Source: a virus. Taken from it: DNA of 64,000 bases. Shown here one piece after another: positions 47,001-55,004 of the stretch. The position numbers and the translations under genes are program-made. Each line of letters starts with the position of its first letter. Within the stretch, counting starts at the first letter, position 1. The stretch is from positions 24,043 to 88,042 of the IMG/VR virus record IMGVR_UViG_3300034022_000278. The stretch is one strand, 5' to 3'. The notes under the pieces are model-generated. The model did no database searches, had not been told where the DNA came from, and saw only the letters and a program-made list of their open reading frames with translations.

Positions 47001-49461
47001 TATTTTCAGCTTCTACTTCAGCCTCTAACTCTTCAGGAGTTTTTGAATTAAAATTAGCAAGAGGGTCTTCCTCTTCTTCTTCTACGTCTTCTTCTACTAC
47101 AGGTTCTCCATTTAGTTTACCTATTTGAGCATTTAATGCATTATTTAAGTTAGTCTTATGATCTTGAGATATCTCTGCCTTAGATATTTCATCGGAAATT
47201 TCCTCTATATTTTCTAAAGTAGCATTCTTTATTTTATTATTTAATTTATCTACTACTACAGTAGTCTGTTTATTCTTAGCAGCAATATTATTATCTTCTA
47301 CTAAGGAAGCAATCTTTTTATTAGCAGCTTCTTTAAAATCTTTATCGTCAATAGAATCTCTTAGCTTTTCTATTTCAGAAATATTATTAATTTTAGGTAA
47401 AGCAGCATGTGCTTCTTTTACTCTTACAGCATTCTCTTTACGCTGTTCAGCTTTTTTCTGATATTCTGGACTAGTAATTTCTTCAAATTCTTTAGAATTA
47501 TTTAGAACTTCATTTTCTAATTTATCTAAATTTTCTTCAATATTAGTAGCAGCTTTAAAAGATGGCAATGCTTTTACTTCTGCTAAGAATTTATTATAAA
47601 TAGCTTGCTCTTCTTCTGTACGACCTTGATTATTTTCTAAATCAGATGCAGAATAACTTAAAGGTACTTTATCTACTACTTTTTCTGTGCCTGTAACTTT
47701 ACCATCTTTTTTTAGAAGAATTTCTCTTTCTCTATCGTAAGTATATTTAGCAGCAATAGTATGTAAATCTTTACTTAATTGGAAGTCTGCTTGTTTTTTT
47801 AAATTTTCTGTATTTTTAGCAATAGCATCTAGTCTAATTTTATTAGACCTATTAAAGAATATCTCATCAACATTTGCATAATCCTCAAAATTGTTGTATA
47901 CAGCTTCTAATTCTTTTAGTTTTACTATAGCATTTTTAGCATTATCTATATACTCTTGTCCAACTTCTTCAGGATTTTTTGCAGCCTCTGCTTTATATAA
48001 TTCTTCTAAAGTTTCTGTAGTCCCACTTTCAAAAGATCTTATAGCTTGGTTTTCAAATATCTGTTCTTTTAGTTTCTCTACTTCTTCGGTATTGCCTGCT
48101 TCCGATGCTGCAGTAAATTTTGCTTGTAATACTAAATTATCTCTAAAGTTTTTTAATATGTCTGTACTATTGACACCTTTTTCCTTTAAATCATTTAAAA
48201 TCTCTTGTTGCTTAGCATATTGCTCTCTTTCATAAGTAGCCTTACTAATCTTATTTCCATTAGCATCTAAAGTATTTCCTGGGCCATACTTAGAGTACTC
48301 TAATGCTTTAGTTCCTCCTGTTTGTGCTATACCTCCAATAGCTCCTAAGAAAGCTGCTTCAAAGCCTTCCATAGTACCCATATCTTCTATTGCATTCTGA
48401 AAAGTATAATCTTTACCTTTTCCTTTTGCTGTACCTGCTTTTTCTGCTACAAGATTTATAAGTTCTTCTGTTCCTTCTTGAACGCCTTCTGCGACTAGTT
48501 TACCCGCAACAGCAGTCTTTGATGCTTGCTTTAATAACTGTCTAGTACTTTTTAGTGGAGTAATAAACGCAGAAGCTGATGATAAATTTAATAAAATATT
48601 AATTCTATTTAAATTCATAGTAGTAGAAGCAGCTTGAGCAGCCATTGCTTTTGCTTTATCTATACTATAACCTTTAGTTAAATTATCTTGGTAGGTATCA
48701 TTAAATACTTGTGTAGCAGAAATAACTGCTTCAGATTGATTAAGTGCTACAGCATTTGCTAATCCTGTTGTTCCTTGTAATAATTGTTTAGATTTTTGGG
48801 CACCCATTATCATTCGGGCTAAATCTTTACCTTTTGATAAAGATGCTACACCTTTTAATCCCACAGAAAGTACTTTACCCATTCCCGCACCTTGTGCAAG
48901 AAAACTACCCACTGATTCTACTAATCCTGAACCTCTTGACATCCACCAAGCAGGATCGCTAATATTCATAGACTGAGGAGATTCCTCATAGATAGGGAAC
49001 CAATCTTCATCTACTTCTTTCTTTAAATCTTGTGCCCAATTTACTATGCTATTTTGTGCAGCATGCTCACTATCCCAGTATCCAGGAAGATCGACCATTG
49101 AACTAAATCCACTTACAATTTGCGGTACTACGTTTACAGCAACTCTTGCTACAGCATTACCTGCTTGATCCCAATTAGATTGGTTAGTAGCTCTAATTTT
49201 ATTTAATTCTTCTACAGAAAATTGACCCCCACGTAGAGTATTTCTATTAATATGATTTTCGTAAGGGTCAAAAAAGTGTTCATCTTTTTGACCGTAAGTA
49301 GCTTGCAAACCTGTAAATTCTGCTTCAGGTCCCGCCCCTATCCTATCTACTACTTCTTTATCGTATCCTAAAGTTTTATCTGCCTTACTTGCAAGAATCT
49401 TACCTTGTTCTCTTGGAGAAAGAACAGTTTTGCTCTTGTCTGAACTATTTTTTTTATCCAT
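41044..49461 (-). CDS. Giant virion protein containing the N-terminal (beta-like) half of the virion RNA polymerase
   Basis: 2805 aa; C-terminal PTMSDK, GDPALY, KRLAGDIAPG, DAQEYTT, QPMKPVY, YIKSSSFPL, RIQQDVPYK, GTQERKL as recalled for crAss-like RNAPs. Confidence 0.8.
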   Translation of the reverse strand: MDKKNSSDKSKTVLSPREQGKILASKADKTLGYDKEVVDRIGAGPEAEFTGLQATYGQKDEHFFDPYENHINRNTLRGGQFSVEELNKIRATNQSNWDQAGNAVARVAVNVVPQIVSGFSSMVDLPGYWDSEHAAQNSIVNWAQDLKKEVDEDWFPIYEESPQSMNISDPAWWMSRGSGLVESVGSFLAQGAGMGKVLSVGLKGVASLSKGKDLARMIMGAQKSKQLLQGTTGLANAVALNQSEAVISATQVFNDTYQDNLTKGYSIDKAKAMAAQAASTTMNLNRINILLNLSSASAFITPLKSTRQLLKQASKTAVAGKLVAEGVQEGTEELINLVAEKAGTAKGKGKDYTFQNAIEDMGTMEGFEAAFLGAIGGIAQTGGTKALEYSKYGPGNTLDANGNKISKATYEREQYAKQQEILNDLKEKGVNSTDILKNFRDNLVLQAKFTAASEAGNTEEVEKLKEQIFENQAIRSFESGTTETLEELYKAEAAKNPEEVGQEYIDNAKNAIVKLKELEAVYNNFEDYANVDEIFFNRSNKIRLDAIAKNTENLKKQADFQLSKDLHTIAAKYTYDREREILLKKDGKVTGTEKVVDKVPLSYSASDLENNQGRTEEEQAIYNKFLAEVKALPSFKAATNIEENLDKLENEVLNNSKEFEEITSPEYQKKAEQRKENAVRVKEAHAALPKINNISEIEKLRDSIDDKDFKEAANKKIASLVEDNNIAAKNKQTTVVVDKLNNKIKNATLENIEEISDEISKAEISQDHKTNLNNALNAQIGKLNGEPVVEEDVEEEEEDPLANFNSKTPEELEAEVEAENKSFGTNIPKDFPNPNSEKETVEDEVANAAQKLASEDKTMIIGQDEQGNLIYGYARSAEGHNRAAYLSREFNQTEATGKVDREELGNSLDNIELLNPDFLTEGTALNMAVDTEYAGDKYDPNSDTRQKTPWVLRKIELQKLAESKGIPLTELDEYIEEVPIKVTTDEGDTVFYVHDNSWYKEENLSATAEEIAEDREKNFKIRKAIVSKGVPVKTKVSYKSFGKLFKSFDGKAIAVSEAMPDPNLIFAVGRNGTFQLPGDASIVLKGGTILKSTATDGRVYAIVKVGPKEYLPIPLERQPISQEIIDTVMFAIEAHLTGDTENAVVKAIAESSLGLDITTLPGLSKYLNQFIYLFPTDKAASLESYLIRGGSETELKSNMPLISVTATGIEFGRPGVNMGSHSKNGVKVVKASIVLSQNFKSKVGEATNKAGLSKLRATLEQFTPLSNASRKDLAANKDSIILLDNAGATKTVKYSQVVKDSHKTNILSVNVGSAENPVWAYTIQPTILFDTAFAKLGKGKQKRAARPKAKTAIAKGVTTAPVTAKKTVPTVAPTNQAAAEADIEARRQKELFLTENKLFANVNLGQNPTEALLKKQKEIDEFNKIVQEKRDKINAKYDAELNALEQTTTADIENNNFVIKIKKIGQAYAGGKLFVNTKQTGKEFLEQVNYEMYGEKVQPEHLLYFKDKFDGQLYDLINRGYKELTSKTFEEYDAELAALKQQEEVTAEEEVETLTEEALIESCAKSIIANGTNLTELNGILESFDLGAISEELVLQANFTSLEQAQASYAKAKEIFIANSKKTETITLPNGLVIKANKNDVDSNPLEEDETDELVSEMTPEQLNAQREEIDEMIVRGLDTATQSSLIAYLSSDIVNEGLKAKEVAGKKQVQVKPILDKHLESFKQLSKFYKEQGLPNKAARLDSVIAQFDKVRRLVNQNMSKFSTGDVSEDVELDDNEGVSGLVRTAYTDDWAFTVSAKSTSSADLKKFFSIVQAQDEEGPMVNLLGLPEILSYDVVFNTLQELLTNIPADYSTMLDILELHQEKFPWIKSAIAQLEAAPEKIQNEFVSAMTKHHINMQFIMWSKDYKGNYSLQKWSSNSSSIEQRLKTIWNSNLKGVATQSNLITVNEDDEYVFNEVVAKGLKDQAAEWAKNPAEVTNDELAIWLGNFGIVLTDKTYEDLRKGKFNNNGRKPWNALFTNGAGLVKALSTALDKKVKGKVNFEDSELLNDSVVKALAKLEATNNLNTFSNSFQAGGKTIYSYGNNNFLINRMRDLTAYNSEDGTFVNPDLIKNLQNISFTKNSSWLADLINKEDAGIAMRNNFKLNYLSLEALKKAFTKSQDNRKLNNLTTAEHEVAKIAFFQNVSGDNINGEDRRIVDFFYPTMSDKTTMLTVTSLARELKLEDGEISLENLELLYNALVVPEINRIRDKQSTNIKGYEPNYFYFLHSLNTLKISSDAGGKDRAFLDIVKDKDDTVYSTEVKAAVLAEIKGIFDNLLTNKLADWDKLGIGKVITDDKGRVTDNYSFLDKEYMTRVAKGTGASKTKYAAADYIFNYLIANAEAHKLFAGDPALYAKFNSKKSLTENLSETFINIGKRLAGDIAPGMELANSANNKYYQVFFEDEKMESNNVKDSAQKEFFSKIIKDFANNYSGIEGSDAQEYTTWKEHLYVMKQLGRLTSVQYKDFYKKLEAQSRGDFRESNKLSYEDMGIIMQPMKPVYVGNTASAEDNADKRIYIKSSSFPLLPELTVGMQIDKIRKGLETFETEIGSKVTADGTPAFVRASFGTANKVGAIKNAVKVFNKDGNVVDNLVISEDNALLLSRQNFRIQQDVPYKREKDSVNIGTQERKLLFVNTLDLEIEPGVKGDDLMALYNKNYLELYEYAYEELSNKLGLVEEVSSKADITSLLTVPNSTIFDQNEVLVEKLKGASPVTKVQLQQDFAEEIGDNTLERVNFINKNFNSIIESLVAANMNVFFDENKEFKKC

Positions 49462-49478
49462 AATAAATATTATTGTAA

Positions 49479-49486
49479 CAAAAATA
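49479..49486 (-). promoter_or_regulatory. Bacteroidota-type -7 promoter element TATTTTTG
   Basis: TAnnTTTG in the short intergenic gap, 17 nt upstream of the 2805-aa gene. Confidence 0.55.
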
Positions 49487-49497
49487 CGTAATTTGCG

Positions 49498-52143
49498 TTA
49501 ATCTTCTAGGATTTCCATCATAAATCCTTTAGCAGCGTCTGATGCTCCGTTGCTTTCTGCATTTTTATACCAATCTTTTCCTGTATTTGGATCTGTTACA
49601 AACCCTGTTATTTTACCAGTATTTTTATCTACAATAGCTACTTTTAATATAGGATCAGTACCAGATTCATTTTGTATTTTTCGTACTTCTATCACACTAT
49701 TATTATCATAAGGAACTTTATATAAAGAAACTGAAGTCTTTTCTTTAGGACTAACACTTTTAACTAATTGTGTAGAAAGATTATTATCTTTAAATTTATT
49801 ATTAAATAATGCTACTTTAAGCATAGAATTAACTTGCTTATCATGCGGATCTTCAGTACGTGTAGCTATTTCTAAAGGTTTTAATAATTTAGTATTAAAT
49901 ACACTCATACCTGCTTTAGGCTCAACAGTTACTGTAGAAGTTCCGCCTCCTTTAGTTATTATAGGAATTTCAAATAATAATCTATTTCCATGCATAGCTA
50001 ATTTAGGACTTTTATTAGGATTAAGTTTAGTGCCTTCAGCTAAATTACCTTCTTCGTCAAATCCAGGTTGGTCATTCCAATTTTCAGCATAAGCAGGATT
50101 AAAGTTTAATAAATCTGTGGCGGCTAAAAAAGTTCCGCCTAATACTTTATCTACTTCTTTACTACCTGTTATTCTATAAGCCATTTCTTGCTTAGTTAGT
50201 CCTTTTTGGTATACATCATTAATAGTATTTTTTATAATATTATCAACTTTAACGCCACTTGAACCTAAAAATCCTTCTTTAGTAGTAGCTCCTTTAAAAT
50301 TAAATCCTTTTTTACTTGCATCTTCAAAGTTTTTATAACCGTGCAATTTAGCTACTTGATTAAAAGTAAGATCTTGGTTTAATCCTGAAGGAGTTATTCC
50401 TGCTTTTTTAAGACGTTCTTTAGAATAACTTAAACCACTAAATAATTTTGCTCTTTCCTGATAAGTTTTATAATCTTCTCCTGGTTGCAGTTTAATATTA
50501 AGTTTTTCTGATTGCCCTACGTCATTCATTACTTTTTTATATTCATCAGTTTCTTCAGCACTTTTCTTTATATTTTCTAATAAATTTTCCGCATTATTAT
50601 ATTTTACAAAAGCACCGTCAGATTTTTGTATTAAATCTTCAAATGTTGTTATACTTAGATTACCTTGTTTAGTCAAATTTGTCCACAAAGTTTTAGCTTC
50701 ATTATCAGACATTTTAATTCCCCTAGAATTGGCTTCATTTTTAAAGTTTTGCCAATTTCCATTACTATTTTTAGTAGTAGTAATAGCTCCTAATAGTTGT
50801 TTTTGTTTTGCTACAATTTGACCAGGATTTTTAATTAATTTTTTATAATCACTACTATTTTTATCGCCCATAATAACAGACCTAACAACACCTCCACTAA
50901 GATTATTTATACTTTTAGCCGCTGTATATAAATCTTTACTAGTTGATGTTTTTTCTTTACTTATAGAATTTATACTATATTTTTCTTCTGTAGTTGGAGT
51001 AATAACAACTCCAGCATTTGCTTCTGCAGCTTTCTGAGCAGCTTCCCACTCATAATTTTTACGTACACTTCCTGTTACTTTAGTATTTTTATAAGCTAAT
51101 ATATTTGCAATATCTTCAGAACCGTATAATTTATCTAAATGTTGTTGAGTATATAAAGACTGAATCATATTAGAATCATATTCCCCTGTTTCACTCATTT
51201 TAGTTAAATCCTCTTTTATATCCATTAAAGATTTATAATCTTCAGTTTTTTTAAAATCTTTTTTATTCTTAATGCCTGAAGCAACACCTGCAGCAATTTC
51301 TGCATCAATAGATGCTAAAGTAGATTTTACTATTGGCTCTCCAACATCTTTTAAGTTTTCACCGTATTGACTTTTTTCTCCAAAATTATATTTAGCTACT
51401 TCAGTTCCCCAAGCTTTAAACTTAGGTATTTGACGTAGATACTTTTCAGTTTCTCGTGCAATTTCTCCCGCATCCTTAGAATCAACAGTAGTCTGAAAAG
51501 ATACTTTTTCTTCAGGACTCATTGAAACACCATTTTGAGTAAAGTAACTAATAGATTTTTCAGGATTCATTTTTGCAATTTCTATTTGCAAATCTCTAAA
51601 TTCTTTATCTAAATCGGCTAATCTACCTGTGGAACCTGTAATTATATTATAAGTACCTTTTTTGTCAGCAGCAGTTGCTTCAAACTTAGCCCCTTCTCCT
51701 TTTTTGTACCTATTAATTTCATCATTTTTCCATTGAATATATTGGTCCCTTGTTATTCCTCCAGGCTTATCAATACGTTCTCTTTCTTCTTTATCTCTTT
51801 GTGCCCACAGTTTAGCATTAGATTGTAATGCATTTAATTCTGGATCTTTTTGCCAAAGAGTATTTAGTTCTCTTAATTTGCTAGTAGCTTGCTTATAGTT
51901 TTTAGTTTCAGATAAATTTTTAGCAAGTTCATCTTTTTTATCTTTAACAATTTTTACTAATTCTTTTGCTCTTTCTGGATCTGTTCCGTAAGGAAGATTT
52001 TCTATAGCAAAATCTGTAGCGTCTACTAGTTCTGTTGCAATATCAAACTTCTGCTGCATCTCACTAAGAGGCGCAGCAAAAGCGGATAAATTTAGAGGCT
52101 TATATTCGTATTGTATCGGAGTACTATAAGGACTAATTGGCAT
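49498..52143 (-). CDS. Virion cargo protein
   Basis: 881 aa; N-terminal Y/P-rich segment then coiled coil; position in crAss-like structural block. Confidence 0.7.
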   Translation of the reverse strand: MPISPYSTPIQYEYKPLNLSAFAAPLSEMQQKFDIATELVDATDFAIENLPYGTDPERAKELVKIVKDKKDELAKNLSETKNYKQATSKLRELNTLWQKDPELNALQSNAKLWAQRDKEERERIDKPGGITRDQYIQWKNDEINRYKKGEGAKFEATAADKKGTYNIITGSTGRLADLDKEFRDLQIEIAKMNPEKSISYFTQNGVSMSPEEKVSFQTTVDSKDAGEIARETEKYLRQIPKFKAWGTEVAKYNFGEKSQYGENLKDVGEPIVKSTLASIDAEIAAGVASGIKNKKDFKKTEDYKSLMDIKEDLTKMSETGEYDSNMIQSLYTQQHLDKLYGSEDIANILAYKNTKVTGSVRKNYEWEAAQKAAEANAGVVITPTTEEKYSINSISKEKTSTSKDLYTAAKSINNLSGGVVRSVIMGDKNSSDYKKLIKNPGQIVAKQKQLLGAITTTKNSNGNWQNFKNEANSRGIKMSDNEAKTLWTNLTKQGNLSITTFEDLIQKSDGAFVKYNNAENLLENIKKSAEETDEYKKVMNDVGQSEKLNIKLQPGEDYKTYQERAKLFSGLSYSKERLKKAGITPSGLNQDLTFNQVAKLHGYKNFEDASKKGFNFKGATTKEGFLGSSGVKVDNIIKNTINDVYQKGLTKQEMAYRITGSKEVDKVLGGTFLAATDLLNFNPAYAENWNDQPGFDEEGNLAEGTKLNPNKSPKLAMHGNRLLFEIPIITKGGGTSTVTVEPKAGMSVFNTKLLKPLEIATRTEDPHDKQVNSMLKVALFNNKFKDNNLSTQLVKSVSPKEKTSVSLYKVPYDNNSVIEVRKIQNESGTDPILKVAIVDKNTGKITGFVTDPNTGKDWYKNAESNGASDAAKGFMMEILED

Positions 52144-52145
52144 AA

Positions 52146-55004
52146 TTAAACAATTTTATTATTAGCATTTGTTTTAGCTTCTTTTCTTTTAGCTGCTAAT
52201 TGATCAAAGATAGTGTTATAATTAAAAGTTCCTGCATAGTCAGGTGCTAATAATTTCATGTATGCTGCTTGTGCATCCATCTCTGAAGCTCCTTTAGCTA
52301 TGTCTGCACCTTGTTTCAATCCTGCAGCTAACATTTGACGTTTAGCCTCTTTAGCCTTAATGTTGTAATCAGTTACATTTGATAACACACCTTTATTAGC
52401 CGCTTCAATAGCTTTATTTCTAACTTTAGCATCTAATGCATTAGCTGCATCTATATTTTGCTTTTCAGCATATAATTTAGCGTAAGCATCATTTCTCATT
52501 AAACCTGCTTGTTGCATGTTAGATAAATAAGCTCCTGCACCTGGAGCAGCATTTCTAGCTGCAGCTTGGGCTTGTGCAAAAGTTATATTAGCTTGAGCTT
52601 TTTGTGGATCAATATTATACTCATAAGGAGTAAAGTCTGCTTTTTGATAGTAATCTTCAGGATTTAATTTACCTACTTTACCAAATAAGCCTTGGCTTAT
52701 ATTGTAAGCAGCAGGTAAAGCTAAACCAGCAGCTTGTCCTAAAGTTTGATTCATATTTAAGTCAGGATTCTTATCTTTTAAAGTTTCATCTGCAGCTTGT
52801 AAATCCGATAAATACTTTGCTAATTCTTCTTTAGTCATTGTATTCTCACCAAATTTAGCATCTTTAGGAATTAATCCTTCTGCTCTTCTTGCATCTATTG
52901 CTTCTTTGTTAAAAGGATTTGCTAGTTCAGAATTATATTGAGTATAGTCAATATTAGAAGGTCTAATACTTCCAAACATATCTCTATCTTGTACATTAAA
53001 AGTTCCTCCTCCTTCAAATGAACGAGTTGCCATATCACTTTCTTCTTGCTCTAATCTAGCAATCATATCATCTTCTGTAGGAGAATCTAAATCTCCTCCA
53101 TATTGATTACCGCCTTCTTCGTACAAGTTAGTTAATGGTTGTCCCATTGGGCCAGCATTGTTCATATAAGTTGGATAATTAGTAGGGTATAAATGTCCGC
53201 CATTAGCAAAACCTGGTCCGCCTCCTGCATTAAGATTGCTTTGTCCGTTAGGCATCATAAAATTAGGGTCCCGCATTCTTTGCAATTGCATTTCTGGAGT
53301 TTGTTGTTTAGCAGCATTAGAAGCTTCTTGTTCATTTAATTGTTCTGCTTTATCTTGCTTATGTCCTTTTAAAAATCCAGAAACACCTCCTACAACACCT
53401 CCAATAGCTGCTCCAAGAGGAGCTCCAATAAATGCTAAAGGCCCTGTAGCAGCTCCTAACATTGCCCCAGTACCAGCCCCTGATAGAGCACCAGTACCAG
53501 CACTAGCTAAACCTGCAGAATTGTCATCTACAAATCCACCAAAGTTGTACATATTACCACCACACTTATAAGACATTGGTCCTCCGTAAGCCATTTGTCC
53601 TTCTTGTTGCGCCATCATTTGTTGCATCATTGCAGGGTCCATTTGTTCTTGTGGTTGACCTTGTGCCATCATCATCTCTTCTTCAGATGGTTGCCCTTGA
53701 GGCATTTCTTCCATACCTTGAGGAGCACCTTCTTGTTGAGGCATTCCCTGTGGTTGGTAAGATTGTGCTACTTGTGCTAATGCATTAGGGTCAAGAGATT
53801 GAATTTCTTCTATTTTCTTTTGAACTTCTTTTGCTTTAAATGCTTCTTGAGCATTCATTAAATTATCTAAATCTCTTTTAATAGCTACTTGTTCTATAGT
53901 ATCATTCTCTCTTCGAGAATTTGGTCTATTTGCTTTTTTAGAAACTTCAGCAAATGTTTTTCCTACATCAGTTTTAGGAATAGCAAATGTTGCCATAGTA
54001 TCTCTATCTATTTTCAAAGTATCTGAGAAGACATAATTTTCTGAATTTAATTTAGTTTCTCCTTCTTCAACTAAGTTTACTTTACCGTCAGGTGCAGTAC
54101 CTTGAGGAATTCCTCCTAAAGGACTTTCTTCATGAGTTCCTCCTTCATTAAACTCGGTTAACTGGCCCATAGAACCACCATCAGCAAATGAATTAGACTT
54201 AATCTTATTCTGCACATTAGTAGGCAGTGATCTAAAACCTTTGTTGTTAAAAGAACCTCCGTTAGCGTACATGTTACCTCCCATTGCGTGATTCCAACTT
54301 GCAGCATTTTTAGCAAAATTAGCTTGTTGTCTTGTGCTAGGGTCGTATTGACCTTCAGGTGCACTTAATACTTTAGAAGCAAATTCTTGTACTCCCATAC
54401 CTGCAGAGTTAGCTTTAGCTGTAAAATCCCCTTTGTGTGCAGGATTAATGTGGATTGATCCACCTGGCTTATAATTCATCATATTATTTGTATTATAGTA
54501 TTGTTGTGTAGAATTATCTACTATTTGTTTATTTAGATTACCGCCATTATTATAAGCATAAGAATCTTCAGGATAAGTTAAATCTTTTCCTTCTCCTGAC
54601 ATTTCTGGAGTATTAGACATTGACAATATACTACCACCATTACGAGTAATATGGTCAAGAGGCATGTACATTTGTTGTCTAGTAGCTAAATTGTTTTTTA
54701 AAGTGCCACCAAAGTTATATATTCCTGGGTATTGTTGTGGAGAAGATGCATAAATACTATCATGTAGATTCTTACCACCTTGTCTAAAACTATCTTCAGG
54801 TAGAGAATATTTACCTTGAAATTGTCCTCCGTCTTTATAATAATTACCTAATGCAGAAGCATAAACACTATTTAATATCTTACCGTGATTAGTTTTGTCA
54901 TTTAGAGGACCTCCGTCTGCAAAAGGCAAAGCAGTAGTGTCTCTAAAGATAGGCGTACCTGGAAACTTATAAGGGCTTGGTATATTTTTAGGTTTCTTTT
55001 TCAT
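52146..55004 (-). CDS. Virion cargo protein with repeated [FY]xxGG motifs
   Basis: 952 aa; GGTHEESPLGGI...VEEGET domain, Gly-zipper TM, M/Q/P-rich low complexity. Confidence 0.75.
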   Translation of the reverse strand: MKKKPKNIPSPYKFPGTPIFRDTTALPFADGGPLNDKTNHGKILNSVYASALGNYYKDGGQFQGKYSLPEDSFRQGGKNLHDSIYASSPQQYPGIYNFGGTLKNNLATRQQMYMPLDHITRNGGSILSMSNTPEMSGEGKDLTYPEDSYAYNNGGNLNKQIVDNSTQQYYNTNNMMNYKPGGSIHINPAHKGDFTAKANSAGMGVQEFASKVLSAPEGQYDPSTRQQANFAKNAASWNHAMGGNMYANGGSFNNKGFRSLPTNVQNKIKSNSFADGGSMGQLTEFNEGGTHEESPLGGIPQGTAPDGKVNLVEEGETKLNSENYVFSDTLKIDRDTMATFAIPKTDVGKTFAEVSKKANRPNSRRENDTIEQVAIKRDLDNLMNAQEAFKAKEVQKKIEEIQSLDPNALAQVAQSYQPQGMPQQEGAPQGMEEMPQGQPSEEEMMMAQGQPQEQMDPAMMQQMMAQQEGQMAYGGPMSYKCGGNMYNFGGFVDDNSAGLASAGTGALSGAGTGAMLGAATGPLAFIGAPLGAAIGGVVGGVSGFLKGHKQDKAEQLNEQEASNAAKQQTPEMQLQRMRDPNFMMPNGQSNLNAGGGPGFANGGHLYPTNYPTYMNNAGPMGQPLTNLYEEGGNQYGGDLDSPTEDDMIARLEQEESDMATRSFEGGGTFNVQDRDMFGSIRPSNIDYTQYNSELANPFNKEAIDARRAEGLIPKDAKFGENTMTKEELAKYLSDLQAADETLKDKNPDLNMNQTLGQAAGLALPAAYNISQGLFGKVGKLNPEDYYQKADFTPYEYNIDPQKAQANITFAQAQAAARNAAPGAGAYLSNMQQAGLMRNDAYAKLYAEKQNIDAANALDAKVRNKAIEAANKGVLSNVTDYNIKAKEAKRQMLAAGLKQGADIAKGASEMDAQAAYMKLLAPDYAGTFNYNTIFDQLAAKRKEAKTNANNKIV

